Assembly: GCA_964556485.1 (NCBI GenBank)
Contig: CAZKVV010000006.1
Span: 8,072 to 72,071, forward strand
Length of the DNA: 64,000 nucleotides
Direction of reading: 5' to 3'
Source of the DNA: an uncultured Pseudomonadales bacterium
GTDB lineage: Bacteria > Patescibacteriota > Microgenomatia > UBA1400 > PJMF01
Positions 29,368 through 38,164 of the stretch are shown here, one piece after another (the first letter of the stretch is position 1; the number at the start of each line of letters is the position of its first letter). The translations under genes were made by a program, and so were the position numbers. The notes below the pieces were generated by a model that made no database searches, had not been told where the DNA came from, and saw only the letters and a list, made by a program, of their open reading frames with translations.

Positions 29368-29463
29368 GTACCCGAGCCCTCCATTGAAAAGTACCTTTTC
29401 AGTTCTGTTTTTAATGTCCTGAAGGCACCTTGCCATAAAAAGAAATTTTCAAAAAAAGTCGAG

Positions 29464-30054
29464 TTAGCTCTCATCTGACAGCAAGTTATCAAGATATTTT
29501 TTTCTAGCTAGGGTTTTGCCTCTGCGATATTTCAACTTGGCATTTTTACTTGTCTTGATATAAGAGTAAGTTTTTTTACCGCTATTTCTAATTGCCACAA
29601 ACCCTGCAAGCTTTAAAAGTCTTCTGTATGATTCATCACTTTTGAAGAGTACAGAAAACTCATTTTCAATTAGTTTTTTAAGATGATTGACTGTCCAATA
29701 TTTAAATATGAACTTGATTTTAGTTTGTGGTCTAGAAGTTTGCAGTTTTTCAATAATGAAGTTAACTTGTTCTTCAGTTAACATCATTCTATTACCAGGT
29801 TTAACCTTATTAATTAAGCCTGCAATTCCATGCTTCTTATAAAGTGCTATCCAATGGTAAATAGTCCTTCTGTGGTATTTTTTACCAAGTATTTCACTGT
29901 TGTTTTCAAAGTAATTAATGCTTCTTCCTTTGGCTAACAACCAAATAGCCTTCATTCGTGCTTTTTGGCTTTTATTTCCACGAAGATGACCAACTCTTAA
30001 GTACTCCATTTGATTATGTTTTTCTTCAGGTGTGCAATTTCCAAATAGGTCCAT
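29464..30054 (-). mobile_element. IS630/Tc1-family transposase N-terminal DNA-binding (HTH) fragment. DDE catalytic domain absent.
   Basis: RMKAIWLLAKGRSINY...YHWIALYKKHGIAGLINKVKPGNRMMLTEEQ...KYWTVNHLKKLIENEFSVLFKSDESYRRLLKLAGF matches the IS630 transposase N-terminus. The ORF ends after about 196 aa. Confidence 0.55.
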
Positions 30055-30115
30055 TCTTATATTCTCGCAAAAAATAGGTTGTTGACAATACCCTCAAATT
30101 ATTGGGCTTGATAGC

Positions 30116-31174
30116 ATGCTTTTCTTTCTTGTCATAAGATACCAACCGTATCGAGACAAAATGAGAAAAAGCAATAAAAAAATACTAGCTGAAACAAGTT
30201 GGGAAGACTTCATGAAATACCTTGTTGGCAATAAAAATCATTCAGCAAATCCAAGTGCAATCTCAGCTGAAAAAAGTCGCTTTCAAATCATTGTGAAGTG
30301 GTTTGAAAATAAAAAGTGGACAGCTGAAAACTTTGAAGCTCTTTTGTGGTCATATCGTGAAGCGGGAAGAAGCCAAGGCACTTTAAACAAGTTGATTTCT
30401 ATGGGCAAATTGCTAGGTGAGTATCTAAATGACGATGTTGCAAAGCATTTGAAATGTAAGGTGGAAAAACTCAAAAGAATTGAGGATGTTGTTAGGTCTG
30501 AAGAAATTAAAGCTTTAGCGAACTTGTATGTCAACTACTCTACAGATGTCGATTTTATTAATTTGAGACAAAAGGCATTAATACTCTTTATGAGCACAAC
30601 AGGTGCGAGGATTGGAGAAGCAACAAAGCTTAAGTGGCAAAATTTGAAACATGAACCCGAAAAGAAGTTTGAGTTGCTAGACACAAAAAATGGTACTGAC
30701 AGATGGGCATACCTAAGTGATGAGGTTTTTGATCTCATTAATAAATTACCAAGACGAAGTGATTATATTTTTTGCTCAATTCATGGCAAACCACTCAGGA
30801 GTCAAGAAATAAATAAAGACTTAAAAAGACGGGCGTCTCAACTCAATATTAAGAAAGAGATTCATACCCATGTTTTAAGACATAGCTATGCAACTGAAAT
30901 GTTAGAGTGTGGTGTTAGTGAAACAGATGTTTGTGTCCTTGGCGGTTGGAAAGATCCCAAAATGTTACTGCGGTACAAAAACAGTGATCATGACTATTAT
31001 TCAATGACTGCCAAGTACCATCCATTAGTTAGACATGAACTTAATTGGGAGAAACAAGCTGAAACCTGTACTAGGTTAGTTAAAAAGTTCTTTTATCTTC
31101 TTGGGCCAGCAATTTCAACTGAAGTAACTCAGGACGAGTTTGTGGTGAAAGTCAAACGGAATGCTGGTTTTTAA
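30116..31174 (+). CDS. tyrosine-type recombinase/integrase, paralogous to 21091..22065 (real start possibly at 30161)
   Basis: ALILFMSTTGARIGEATKLKWQNL and HVLRHSYATEMLECGVSETDVCVLGGWKDPKMLLRYKN. Confidence 0.85.
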   Translation: MLFFLVIRYQPYRDKMRKSNKKILAETSWEDFMKYLVGNKNHSANPSAISAEKSRFQIIVKWFENKKWTAENFEALLWSYREAGRSQGTLNKLISMGKLLGEYLNDDVAKHLKCKVEKLKRIEDVVRSEEIKALANLYVNYSTDVDFINLRQKALILFMSTTGARIGEATKLKWQNLKHEPEKKFELLDTKNGTDRWAYLSDEVFDLINKLPRRSDYIFCSIHGKPLRSQEINKDLKRRASQLNIKKEIHTHVLRHSYATEMLECGVSETDVCVLGGWKDPKMLLRYKNSDHDYYSMTAKYHPLVRHELNWEKQAETCTRLVKKFFYLLGPAISTEVTQDEFVVKVKRNAGF

Positions 31175-31253
31175 CTGATATTTCTGCTATAAATCCTCAT
31201 TAACCAAGCCTGGATGTAATCCTAAACCTATAACTTGGATTAGGCAAGGAAAT

Positions 31254-31568
31254 ATGACACAAAAGAGTTGGATTCTTTTTTTTGCAGTTATCGTGATTTC
31301 AGGTTCTCTAATCTACCGATCAGGACATTATCAAGGCAAGCCATTACTACAGTGGGTAGCAGATTATATAACCATAAAGGGTCAATATGAGGCGTTGTTA
31401 AACCAACAAGCTCAACGCCAATCATGTCTAAATAAAGTAAATAAGGATCTCAAGCCAGTATTAGACGAACTGAAAGCAAATCCTAATCAAGTCAAGTCAA
31501 ATGATTTAACACTCGTTGCATTAACCGCATGGGCAATGAAAGACCGCTGTTTAGAGTTATACCCTTAG
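31254..31568 (+). CDS. membrane-anchored hypothetical protein (104 aa)
   Basis: N-terminal TM WILFFAVIVISGSLIY. Confidence 0.45.
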   Translation: MTQKSWILFFAVIVISGSLIYRSGHYQGKPLLQWVADYITIKGQYEALLNQQAQRQSCLNKVNKDLKPVLDELKANPNQVKSNDLTLVALTAWAMKDRCLELYP

Positions 31569-31697
31569 TTTAAGGTGTGCATTTTGCCCCAACCCCTGTT
31601 TTCCTGCTCCTAAAACCTCGATTTTTGGGTATAATAGTGATCTAATATTTTTATGTCGCATCTAGGTTTCTAGAGGAAACACAGTTCTGACCTACAA

Positions 31698-31773
31698 GCC
31701 AAGCTAGCCAAGGTGGTCACGGCGCATGTCTGAAAAACATGAGATTGAAGTTCGACTCTTCAGCTTGGCACCA
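31698..31773 (+). tRNA. tRNA-Phe (anticodon GAA), CCA encoded
   Basis: GCCAAGC-TA-...CATGT-CTGAAAA-ACATG-...TGAAG-TTCGACT-CTTCA-GCTTGGC-A-CCA. Perfect 7-bp acceptor, U8, U33, A37. Track ORF 31726..31929 overlaps it and is spurious. Confidence 0.75.
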
Positions 31774-31968
31774 CCACAAAAAAACTACTTTCCCAAAGCC
31801 TGGGAAACCATTGTTTTAACAAAATCAATAAAACCCTTTAAAGCTACTCCAAACCATTTAAATGCAAACTTAGTGCCTTCTTCTGCTACTCTGCCTGTTG
31901 CGCGATTAATCTCTTGCCTCGAAAAATAAGTTTGATTCATAGGAATTATTGTACAGCTCACAAGTCGC

Positions 31969-31998
31969 CTTCACAAGGCGGGGGTCGGCATGTATAAT
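31969..31998 (+). promoter_or_regulatory. sigma70-like promoter TTCACA-N17-TATAAT upstream of tRNA-Gly
   Basis: ttcacaAGGCGGGGGTCGGCATGtataat, about 20 nt before the tRNA 5' end. Confidence 0.5.
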
Positions 31999-32018
31999 AC
32001 CCCTGTTGGAAGCAACGT

Positions 32019-32095
32019 GCGAGAATAGCTCAGTTGGCTAGAGCGCCTCCTTGCCAAGGAGGAGGTCGCGGGTTCGAATCCCGTTTCTCGCTCCA
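32019..32095 (+). tRNA. tRNA-Gly (anticodon GCC), CCA encoded
   Basis: GCGAGAATAGCTCAGTTGGCTAGAGCGCCTCCTTGCCAAGGAGGAGGTCGCGGGTTCGAATCCCGTTTCTCGCTCCA. Track ORFs 31971..32156 and 32034..32270 are spurious. Confidence 0.85.
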
Positions 32096-32115
32096 TATTT
32101 TTATCAATTCTTTTT

Positions 32116-32937
32116 CTACTCTTCCCACTGTTTTGCAGCTTCAGAATAGGTTTCATTGGAGGTCACGTCGTACCAAAAACCTTGGAAAACAAATGCGCTT
32201 AGCTCACGCTTACTGGATAACAAGGGAAAAATATCCTTCTCTAACAGCAGTGGTGACACATTTGGAATAAGTCCAAACAACTCGGACTTAACCACATACA
32301 TTCCAGTATTAATGATACTAATACCTTTATCTTCACTACTTGGTAAAAACTGAATGATTTTGTTGCCTTCCAATACTACTTGGCCATATTCTGTGGCACC
32401 CATTGCAGGTTTAACCACCATCGTTGCTATGGTATTTTCATTTAAATGAAAAGAGATCAACGCTTCTAAGTCTAAATCACACAACACATCGCCGTGCATG
32501 ACCAAAAACGCCTCTGAATCAATATATTTATCTACATTTTTAAGTGCTCCAGCAGTTCCAAGTGGAGTTTTTTCATGTGAGTACACCATTTGCAAGCCCA
32601 CTTGAGATCCATCTCCAAACACTTTTTGAATTGCCACACCTTCTTCACCGGCACAAATAATAACCTTGGCAATGCCTACTTCGCGCAAGCGCTCCAGCAT
32701 AATTGCCAAAACATACCTATCACCGATCTTTTTAAGGGTAGGATTGTCGTTCACATGTTTTGCACCTCCAGCAAGAATAACAGCGGTATCAATACTTGGT
32801 GAAAAACTACTTTCCAGAAGGTTCTCAATAGCGTGAGAACGGTTGCGAATCTGGATCCCATCAATGTAGTGATCAACTTTTTTGAGAACCGATTCTGATA
32901 ACGTGATAGTAAGTCGTTGTTTTCCCATTTTAGTACT
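32116..32937 (-). CDS. sugar-phosphate nucleotidyltransferase (mannose-1-P guanylyltransferase-like) with N-terminal ribbon-helix-helix (CopG-like) segment
   Basis: [41 protein letters not shown] (RHH) followed by [18 protein letters not shown]...LGTAGAL...GMYVV (NTP_transferase). The track ORF starts further upstream at 33102. Confidence 0.7.
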   Translation of the reverse strand, partial: STKMGKQRLTITLSESVLKKVDHYIDGIQIRNRSHAIENLLESSFSPSIDTAVILAGGAKHVNDNPTLKKIGDRYVLAIMLERLREVGIAKVIICAGEEGVAIQKVFGDGSQVGLQMVYSHEKTPLGTAGALKNVDKYIDSEAFLVMHGDVLCDLDLEALISFHLNENTIATMVVKPAMGATEYGQVVLEGNKIIQFLPSSEDKGISIINTGMYVVKSELFGLIPNVSPLLLEKDIFPLLSSKRELSAFVFQGFWYDVTSNETYSEAAKQWEE

Positions 32938-33976
32938 CGATAATTTCAATTGTTGCTGATAGCAAATGAGCCGTTCCAAATCTGGATTCCAGGGCTTTTT
33001 TATATGACACATACTGCTTAGTGGGCTTACCATCTTGATCCAAAAAACTAAACCCAGCGAAAGGACCAGGTGCTCCTTGCAGAATAAATGGAGTAACTGC
33101 AACTACTTGAGGATGACTCCAGATATTATCCACAGCATACTGATAGTAGGAATCAAACCATTTACTCAAACTTGCTGATGCTTCCCAGCCTGTTTCAGTA
33201 ATATACACCTGAAAATCCTTATTAGTTTTTTGCTTGGCATATGCCAATTCATACTCAAAACCACGAAGTGAATTTCTTGCTGTTCTGGTGGGCGCTGAAC
33301 TAAAACCAGGATTTGGATACGAGTGTGAGTTCCATGCATCTGCGAGCATAAAAACCTCGGAATTATGCGCGTGCATTGCCTCAAGATAGGCAAATGCCTC
33401 CTTGGTACTGCGACCATTTGGTGCAGCTAAATCCATAGCAGCAGGCAAAACTACAAAATTAGCATTTTCAGTGTGCGCCCAGTTTGCCGCAAAAATAAAA
33501 ACATCTGCATATTCTACTGGATCAATCTTTCCACCCCATTCTTTAGCGTGGTTAACCTCGTTATAGATAATAATAGTGCGCTGTTGGGTTGGCCATTCTA
33601 GGTGCGAAAGCACTTCAATTTGATCAACAATGGTACGTTTTGAAGGAACTTGCCATGCTCCATCTTCGAATTTGGTCACTAATCGAACAATTGGAATAAT
33701 GCGTCGCTCTCGAGCTATATCAAAAAATTCTTGCCACTGGGTAGTTTTTTGGACATCCTCAAGAGTAAATGGAATAGTTACGTAAGTCCAAGTGTTATCT
33801 TGGTTAAAACTAGCAGTGAGTTCACTTGCCTTGAGAAGCTCCTCCGTACTCAAAATATGAATGCCAGCTGGAATCGTCTCTGCAGCAAACAAAGGAGTCG
33901 CTGACATCATCAAAAAGAAAAGAACTAGTAGGGCCATTCTCATTTGTTTGAGCATTTGTATGTTATAGGATAACAT
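32930..33976 (-). CDS. secreted TIM-barrel glycoside hydrolase (GH5/cellulase-superfamily-like)
   Basis: Signal peptide MRMALLVLFFLMMSATPLFAAE. IIYNEVNH (acid/base NE-V) and YITETGW (nucleophile E) motifs. Confidence 0.6.
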   Translation of the reverse strand: MLSYNIQMLKQMRMALLVLFFLMMSATPLFAAETIPAGIHILSTEELLKASELTASFNQDNTWTYVTIPFTLEDVQKTTQWQEFFDIARERRIIPIVRLVTKFEDGAWQVPSKRTIVDQIEVLSHLEWPTQQRTIIIYNEVNHAKEWGGKIDPVEYADVFIFAANWAHTENANFVVLPAAMDLAAPNGRSTKEAFAYLEAMHAHNSEVFMLADAWNSHSYPNPGFSSAPTRTARNSLRGFEYELAYAKQKTNKDFQVYITETGWEASASLSKWFDSYYQYAVDNIWSHPQVVAVTPFILQGAPGPFAGFSFLDQDGKPTKQYVSYKKALESRFGTAHLLSATIEIIEY

Positions 33977-34033
33977 GAATAAGTGATATTTTCAAGGCAA
34001 GGTTGTGGAAAACTTGCTGTTATACTATAGCTC

Positions 34034-34732
34034 ATGAAAGCACTCTTTTATGCTTTTTCTTGGTTGTTTTTAGCTGCTGGCAGTGTGCTAATAAGTGTCG
34101 CCGGCTATGAATTGTACCGCACCCATCCAGAGTTTTTCAACTTCAACCCAGGGTTTAATGGTACGAGAATTTTGCACAGTTCTCTCGACGAACCAGAAGC
34201 TTATGAAGATAACCAAGAATTTAAAACCTATCTCGAAGCTGGAGATGCAAGACCACTTATCATCGCCAACTTTTTAGAACGATATAACTCGCCAATGAAG
34301 CCATATGATTACTATGGTGTGAAATTGGTTGAGATTGCAGATCGCTACGATATAGATTTCCGCCTCCTACCAGCCATTGCCATGCAAGAAAGCAATCTTT
34401 GCAAACGCATTCCAGAAGGCTCGTATAACTGTCTTGGATTTGGCATTCATGAACGAGGAACCTTGCAGTTTGAAACTTATGAAGCAAACTTTGACAGAGC
34501 GGGCAGAGAACTCAAGGCAAACTACATTAACCAGGGAAGAGTCACTCCTGAGCTCATCATGAAAAAATATACCCCAAGCAGTAACGGCTCTTGGGCCGCT
34601 TCTGTAAACCAATGGATGTCTGAAATGCGCTATGACGATCGCATCTTAGGCCAAGAACACAAAAATAATAATGCAAATCTACTCGAGTTTACATCTGAAT
34701 CAGCTTCTCCAGCCGCAGTCACGGCGCAATAA
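34034..34732 (+). CDS. membrane-anchored protein with possible lysozyme-like (SLT-type) domain
   Basis: N-terminal TM. LLPAIAMQESNLC resembles the lytic transglycosylase E-S motif. Confidence 0.4.
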   Translation: MKALFYAFSWLFLAAGSVLISVAGYELYRTHPEFFNFNPGFNGTRILHSSLDEPEAYEDNQEFKTYLEAGDARPLIIANFLERYNSPMKPYDYYGVKLVEIADRYDIDFRLLPAIAMQESNLCKRIPEGSYNCLGFGIHERGTLQFETYEANFDRAGRELKANYINQGRVTPELIMKKYTPSSNGSWAASVNQWMSEMRYDDRILGQEHKNNNANLLEFTSESASPAAVTAQ

Positions 34733-34820
34733 ACAAATGAATCTTGATTTTCTACCAAAAAAAGTGATTTTCCGTCTATTGTATGGTTGAATGACGTGTT
34801 ATGATGCATTTTTACCCATA

Positions 34821-34849
34821 TTGACAATCTTATAATAATTTGCTACAAT
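34821..34849 (+). promoter_or_regulatory. sigma70-like promoter TTGACA-N17-TACAAT
   Basis: ttgacaATCTTATAATAATTTGCtacaat. No protein-coding gene lies downstream on this strand before a convergent gene. Confidence 0.45.
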
Positions 34850-34855
34850 ACGAGC

Positions 34856-34931
34856 ACCTCAGAAGGTTGATCCTCACCGGGATTTACGTTCTGAGACATA
34901 AGCACCTCAGACATTCGTCTGGGGTTTTTTT
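34856..34931 (+). ncRNA. candidate about 76-nt small RNA delimited by the promoter at 34821 and an intrinsic terminator
   Basis: Internal hairpin CCTCAGAA...TTCTGAGG. Terminal CCTCAGAC-attc-GTCTGGGG followed by TTTTTTT. The 10-mer GCACCTCAGA occurs twice. Confidence 0.3.
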
Positions 34932-34950
34932 GTAGGCTTAGATCTTTCGG

Positions 34951-35961
34951 TTAGAATTCTGAGCCATGCACTTCTCGATATGATTTTCTTGAATCGAGGT
35001 CACCTGTTTGCTGCGGAAGGATTGCCGGCAACTCTGCAACGAATTTCTGTAGCTGAAAAAACAATCTTCTCTCTTCATCATCTCTTTTTTTTAAAGGTCT
35101 CATTGCTGCCCACACACTTGTTGGTAGTGTAATTCTGGTTACACCGTTATCAAATGCCTCTATCAAATCAGTTCTACATTTTTCATCCACTGGTGAGTAC
35201 CAATGTCCCTTTAAAAATGTTTGACCGTTACTTGTAGTAAATGTTTCCACACAAAGTCCAGTTATTTTCCCCCTAAATTTTACTGCAAGATGCTCATTAA
35301 CCATTAGTAAGGCTGAATCTGCAAGTGATCGTTCAAAATGTGTCTCAGATGATCCGCACAGATACCAAGCATTATTACTGGGTCTTAGTTCAATTTCGAG
35401 ATCGGTAAGTTGTGGTTGCAGTTTTTGCATGATGTTTGATGGCAAATTGTTAAGTTTTACCGCAGTTAAAATAATACCTATCTGGAAACGATGTGTCTTT
35501 GGATCATCTAATAAAAAATCAAGCAGTGTTAAAACAAATTCATTATTTAACTGCTCAGCCACTCGCTCAAGCTCAAAACCATACGAAAAGCATAAATCGC
35601 TTTCTAAATCATCGGATGCATGATTCATAAACAAAAAATTTAACAGAATTAATAATTCCTGGTTATTTTTTGCAAAGTTTAAAAAAGATGTGTACATTTT
35701 GATTTTTTGCTCATGAGAAAATGTTCTGAGAACAAGCTGCAATTGTCGATACCCATTGAGCGTTTCGGCAGCTTTAGACTCTAGATAAACGTGATCTAAA
35801 TCGTTAGTCACACCTTGAAACGCTTGATCTAGCATGTTTGCCACTACCCGTAGACGACCATATCTTGCTTCATCAGAAGCAGCAACTGCTTCTTCGTAAG
35901 TCATATCAATAAAGCGTGGTTGATGGTCTATAGGGGAAATTTCGCCGTGTTCTAGTGTCAT
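34951..35961 (-). CDS. hypothetical protein (336 aa)
   Basis: Intact ORF. No motif. Confidence 0.5.
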   Translation of the reverse strand: MTLEHGEISPIDHQPRFIDMTYEEAVAASDEARYGRLRVVANMLDQAFQGVTNDLDHVYLESKAAETLNGYRQLQLVLRTFSHEQKIKMYTSFLNFAKNNQELLILLNFLFMNHASDDLESDLCFSYGFELERVAEQLNNEFVLTLLDFLLDDPKTHRFQIGIILTAVKLNNLPSNIMQKLQPQLTDLEIELRPSNNAWYLCGSSETHFERSLADSALLMVNEHLAVKFRGKITGLCVETFTTSNGQTFLKGHWYSPVDEKCRTDLIEAFDNGVTRITLPTSVWAAMRPLKKRDDEERRLFFQLQKFVAELPAILPQQTGDLDSRKSYREVHGSEF

Positions 35962-36026
35962 AGCACCTACCTACTTTAATAATACTGCAGATGTTGGGGA
36001 GAAATAGAAACAAAAAGTACTAAGGT

Positions 36027-36107
36027 GCCGAAGAGAGGACTTGAACCTCCAAGGATTGCTCCACACGGTTCTAAGCCGTGCGCGTATACCAATTCCGCCA
36101 CTTCGGC
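36027..36107 (-). tRNA. tRNA-Leu (anticodon TAG)
   Basis: Reverse complement GCCGAAGTGGCGGAATTGGTATACGCGCACGGCTTAGAACCGTGTGGAGCAATCCTTGGAGGTTCAAGTCCTCTCTTCGGCA. Long variable arm. Anticodon loop CTTAGAA. Confidence 0.8.
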
Positions 36108-36187
36108 GCGCAAGTAGCTCTGGTATTGTACACCAAGGGGTTACAAATAACATGCCTTACTGGCAACTCTGATCAGGGTTTGTTATA

Positions 36188-36685
36188 GTGCATGCATATC
36201 ATTCCAACATGTCTGAATTCATCACAGAACTCCCAGAACAGCCTACTGAACCAATACAACCGATTCCGCAGGTTGTCTCATATCAAAATCCCCAACCACC
36301 CATACGAGACATGAAGCTTGTCAAAGCGCGTGTGTTGTACTGGTTACATAAAGTTGTTTCAGTTCTACTTATCCTGCACGGTATTATGGAAACCTGGGAG
36401 ATTGTGCAGTTTTTAGCTGTCGAATATCCAGAACTAAACCACTTATTAGAAATAAAGCAATTAACAGAAGTAGAACTTTCTTTCTTTGCAGTAACGGTTA
36501 TTCTGGCTGCAGTGGAAACCAGCATTTCATTTTTCTTGGCACACCGAATGCATCACATGTCAGAAGAAGCCGACCTCACTTTTGATTTCTTGATTTCAAC
36601 CCTGTTTCTTGTAGTCGCACCTCCAATCTCCAAATGGATTGCCCTGCAAGACTTCAGCTTTATCACCAGCTTACTGATAAAATAA
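36188..36685 (+). CDS. membrane hypothetical protein (165 aa)
   Basis: Three predicted TM segments. Confidence 0.45.
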   Translation: MHAYHSNMSEFITELPEQPTEPIQPIPQVVSYQNPQPPIRDMKLVKARVLYWLHKVVSVLLILHGIMETWEIVQFLAVEYPELNHLLEIKQLTEVELSFFAVTVILAAVETSISFFLAHRMHHMSEEADLTFDFLISTLFLVVAPPISKWIALQDFSFITSLLIK

Positions 36686-36693
36686 ATGACTGC

Positions 36694-37389
36694 ATGACAG
36701 CTCCAACGTACATACACAAAAAAAGTTCTCGAACCAACTCAATCAAAATTGCCCTAAACACTTCGGGCAAAGTAGTGGTAACCACACCTCATTTCATGCC
36801 TAAGTTTTTAATCGACCGTTTTGTGACTACCAACATGAACTGGATTGAAATTCAACAACGTGCATTCGAACTTAAAAAAAAACAAGCGGGTTCAACAAAT
36901 GATGTACACCTTTTTGGTAAAGTGTACACAAGAAAAGACTCATTTAGCACTTCGCTGCCCATCGGCATCAGCATTAGTGGTTCAAACTTACTCTTTAATC
37001 CCAGCAGTTCGCCACACTTGACTTCTTCAGAAAAAATAGAAGCAGAATACCGTCGCACCAAACTGAGATTTCTTAAGCACACCGCCAGTCAATATATTAT
37101 TCCCCGAACCCAGCAGCTTGCGCAGACCATGAAAACTACTTTTGGCAAAATTACGCTCCGGGAGCAAAAAACGAGGTGGGGCAGTTGTAGTTCGACAGGC
37201 AATCTCAACTTCAACTGGAATCTGGTGCAGTATGAACCAGCCATCATCGATTATGTGATCATTCATGAACTGGCACATCGAACCCACATGGACCATTCTC
37301 AAGCATTTTGGAATCTTGTTGCCAAGTATGATCCAGCGTATAAAGAACACCAGGGTTGGTTAAAAAGAAATGGCCTCTCAGTTTCGTAA
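36694..37389 (+). CDS. DUF45/YgjP-like (M48/SprT-like) zinc metallopeptidase
   Basis: C-terminal YVIIHELAHRTHMDHSQAFWNLV (HExxH...H). Confidence 0.65.
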   Translation: MTAPTYIHKKSSRTNSIKIALNTSGKVVVTTPHFMPKFLIDRFVTTNMNWIEIQQRAFELKKKQAGSTNDVHLFGKVYTRKDSFSTSLPIGISISGSNLLFNPSSSPHLTSSEKIEAEYRRTKLRFLKHTASQYIIPRTQQLAQTMKTTFGKITLREQKTRWGSCSSTGNLNFNWNLVQYEPAIIDYVIIHELAHRTHMDHSQAFWNLVAKYDPAYKEHQGWLKRNGLSVS

Positions 37390-37415
37390 CAGTCATTTCA
37401 ATAGTCATAAAAACT

Positions 37416-38096
37416 ATGTACATACTTCATGGAGATAACACCATAGCTTCGCGTGAAAAACGCGTATCTCTTGTTGCCGAAATGAAAGCGCAAGGCTACA
37501 AGGTTATAACGCTTGATGCCGCCAAACTATCCCGAGCTGAACTAGAATCCACCCTTAACTCTCAAGATTTATTTGGCGCTTCGCAATGTGTTTGTATTGA
37601 CGGATTGCATTCACTCCAAACTTCAGCACGAAAAAAAGAACTACTCACACTGCTATCTCAGCACACCAATGAGCCACTCATTGTATGGGAAAAAAGAGCA
37701 TTAACAAAAACCATGCTCAACATGTTTGCTGGAGCAACCATTTTAGAGTTTAAAGCCAGCAATACACTGTTTACTTGGCTAGAAAGTCTTGGCACCACCA
37801 CACCAAAGGCAAAAAAACTCGAGTTGCTCCATCAAGCAATTGCCTCTGACGGGGAATACTTGTGTTTTTTGATGCTCATTAGACAACTGCGAATGCTCCT
37901 TACCGTCCTCGAGCGCGGCGTCGTTGCTGGTCCGCCATTCATGGTCGCAAAAATAAAAAAGCAAGCTGAGTCTTTTACTACGCCACAACTATTAGAGCTC
38001 TATGAAAAACTTGCTTTACTAGACGAGCAAAGTAAAACTTCAAAAACGCTCCTACCACTGGCAGCTGAACTTGATCTTTTAACTATAAAGTTGTAG
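37416..38096 (+). CDS. holA: DNA polymerase III delta subunit-like (short form)
   Basis: MYILHGDNTIASREKRVSLV... N-terminus and overall helical clamp-loader-like composition. Weak similarity call. Confidence 0.45.
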   Translation: MYILHGDNTIASREKRVSLVAEMKAQGYKVITLDAAKLSRAELESTLNSQDLFGASQCVCIDGLHSLQTSARKKELLTLLSQHTNEPLIVWEKRALTKTMLNMFAGATILEFKASNTLFTWLESLGTTTPKAKKLELLHQAIASDGEYLCFLMLIRQLRMLLTVLERGVVAGPPFMVAKIKKQAESFTTPQLLELYEKLALLDEQSKTSKTLLPLAAELDLLTIKL

Positions 38097-38164
38097 ATTA
38101 TCATCATACTTTGTCATACAAAAGACTATGCTACTTTAGAACTGCAAAAAAAGAGGAGGATTGC

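Noticed and set aside
31726-32270. Track ORFs 31726..31929 (+), 31971..32156 (-) and 32034..32270 (+)
   Set aside because: They overlap tRNA-Phe and tRNA-Gly and their promoter, and have no coding signature. The tRNA structure accounts for the sequence.
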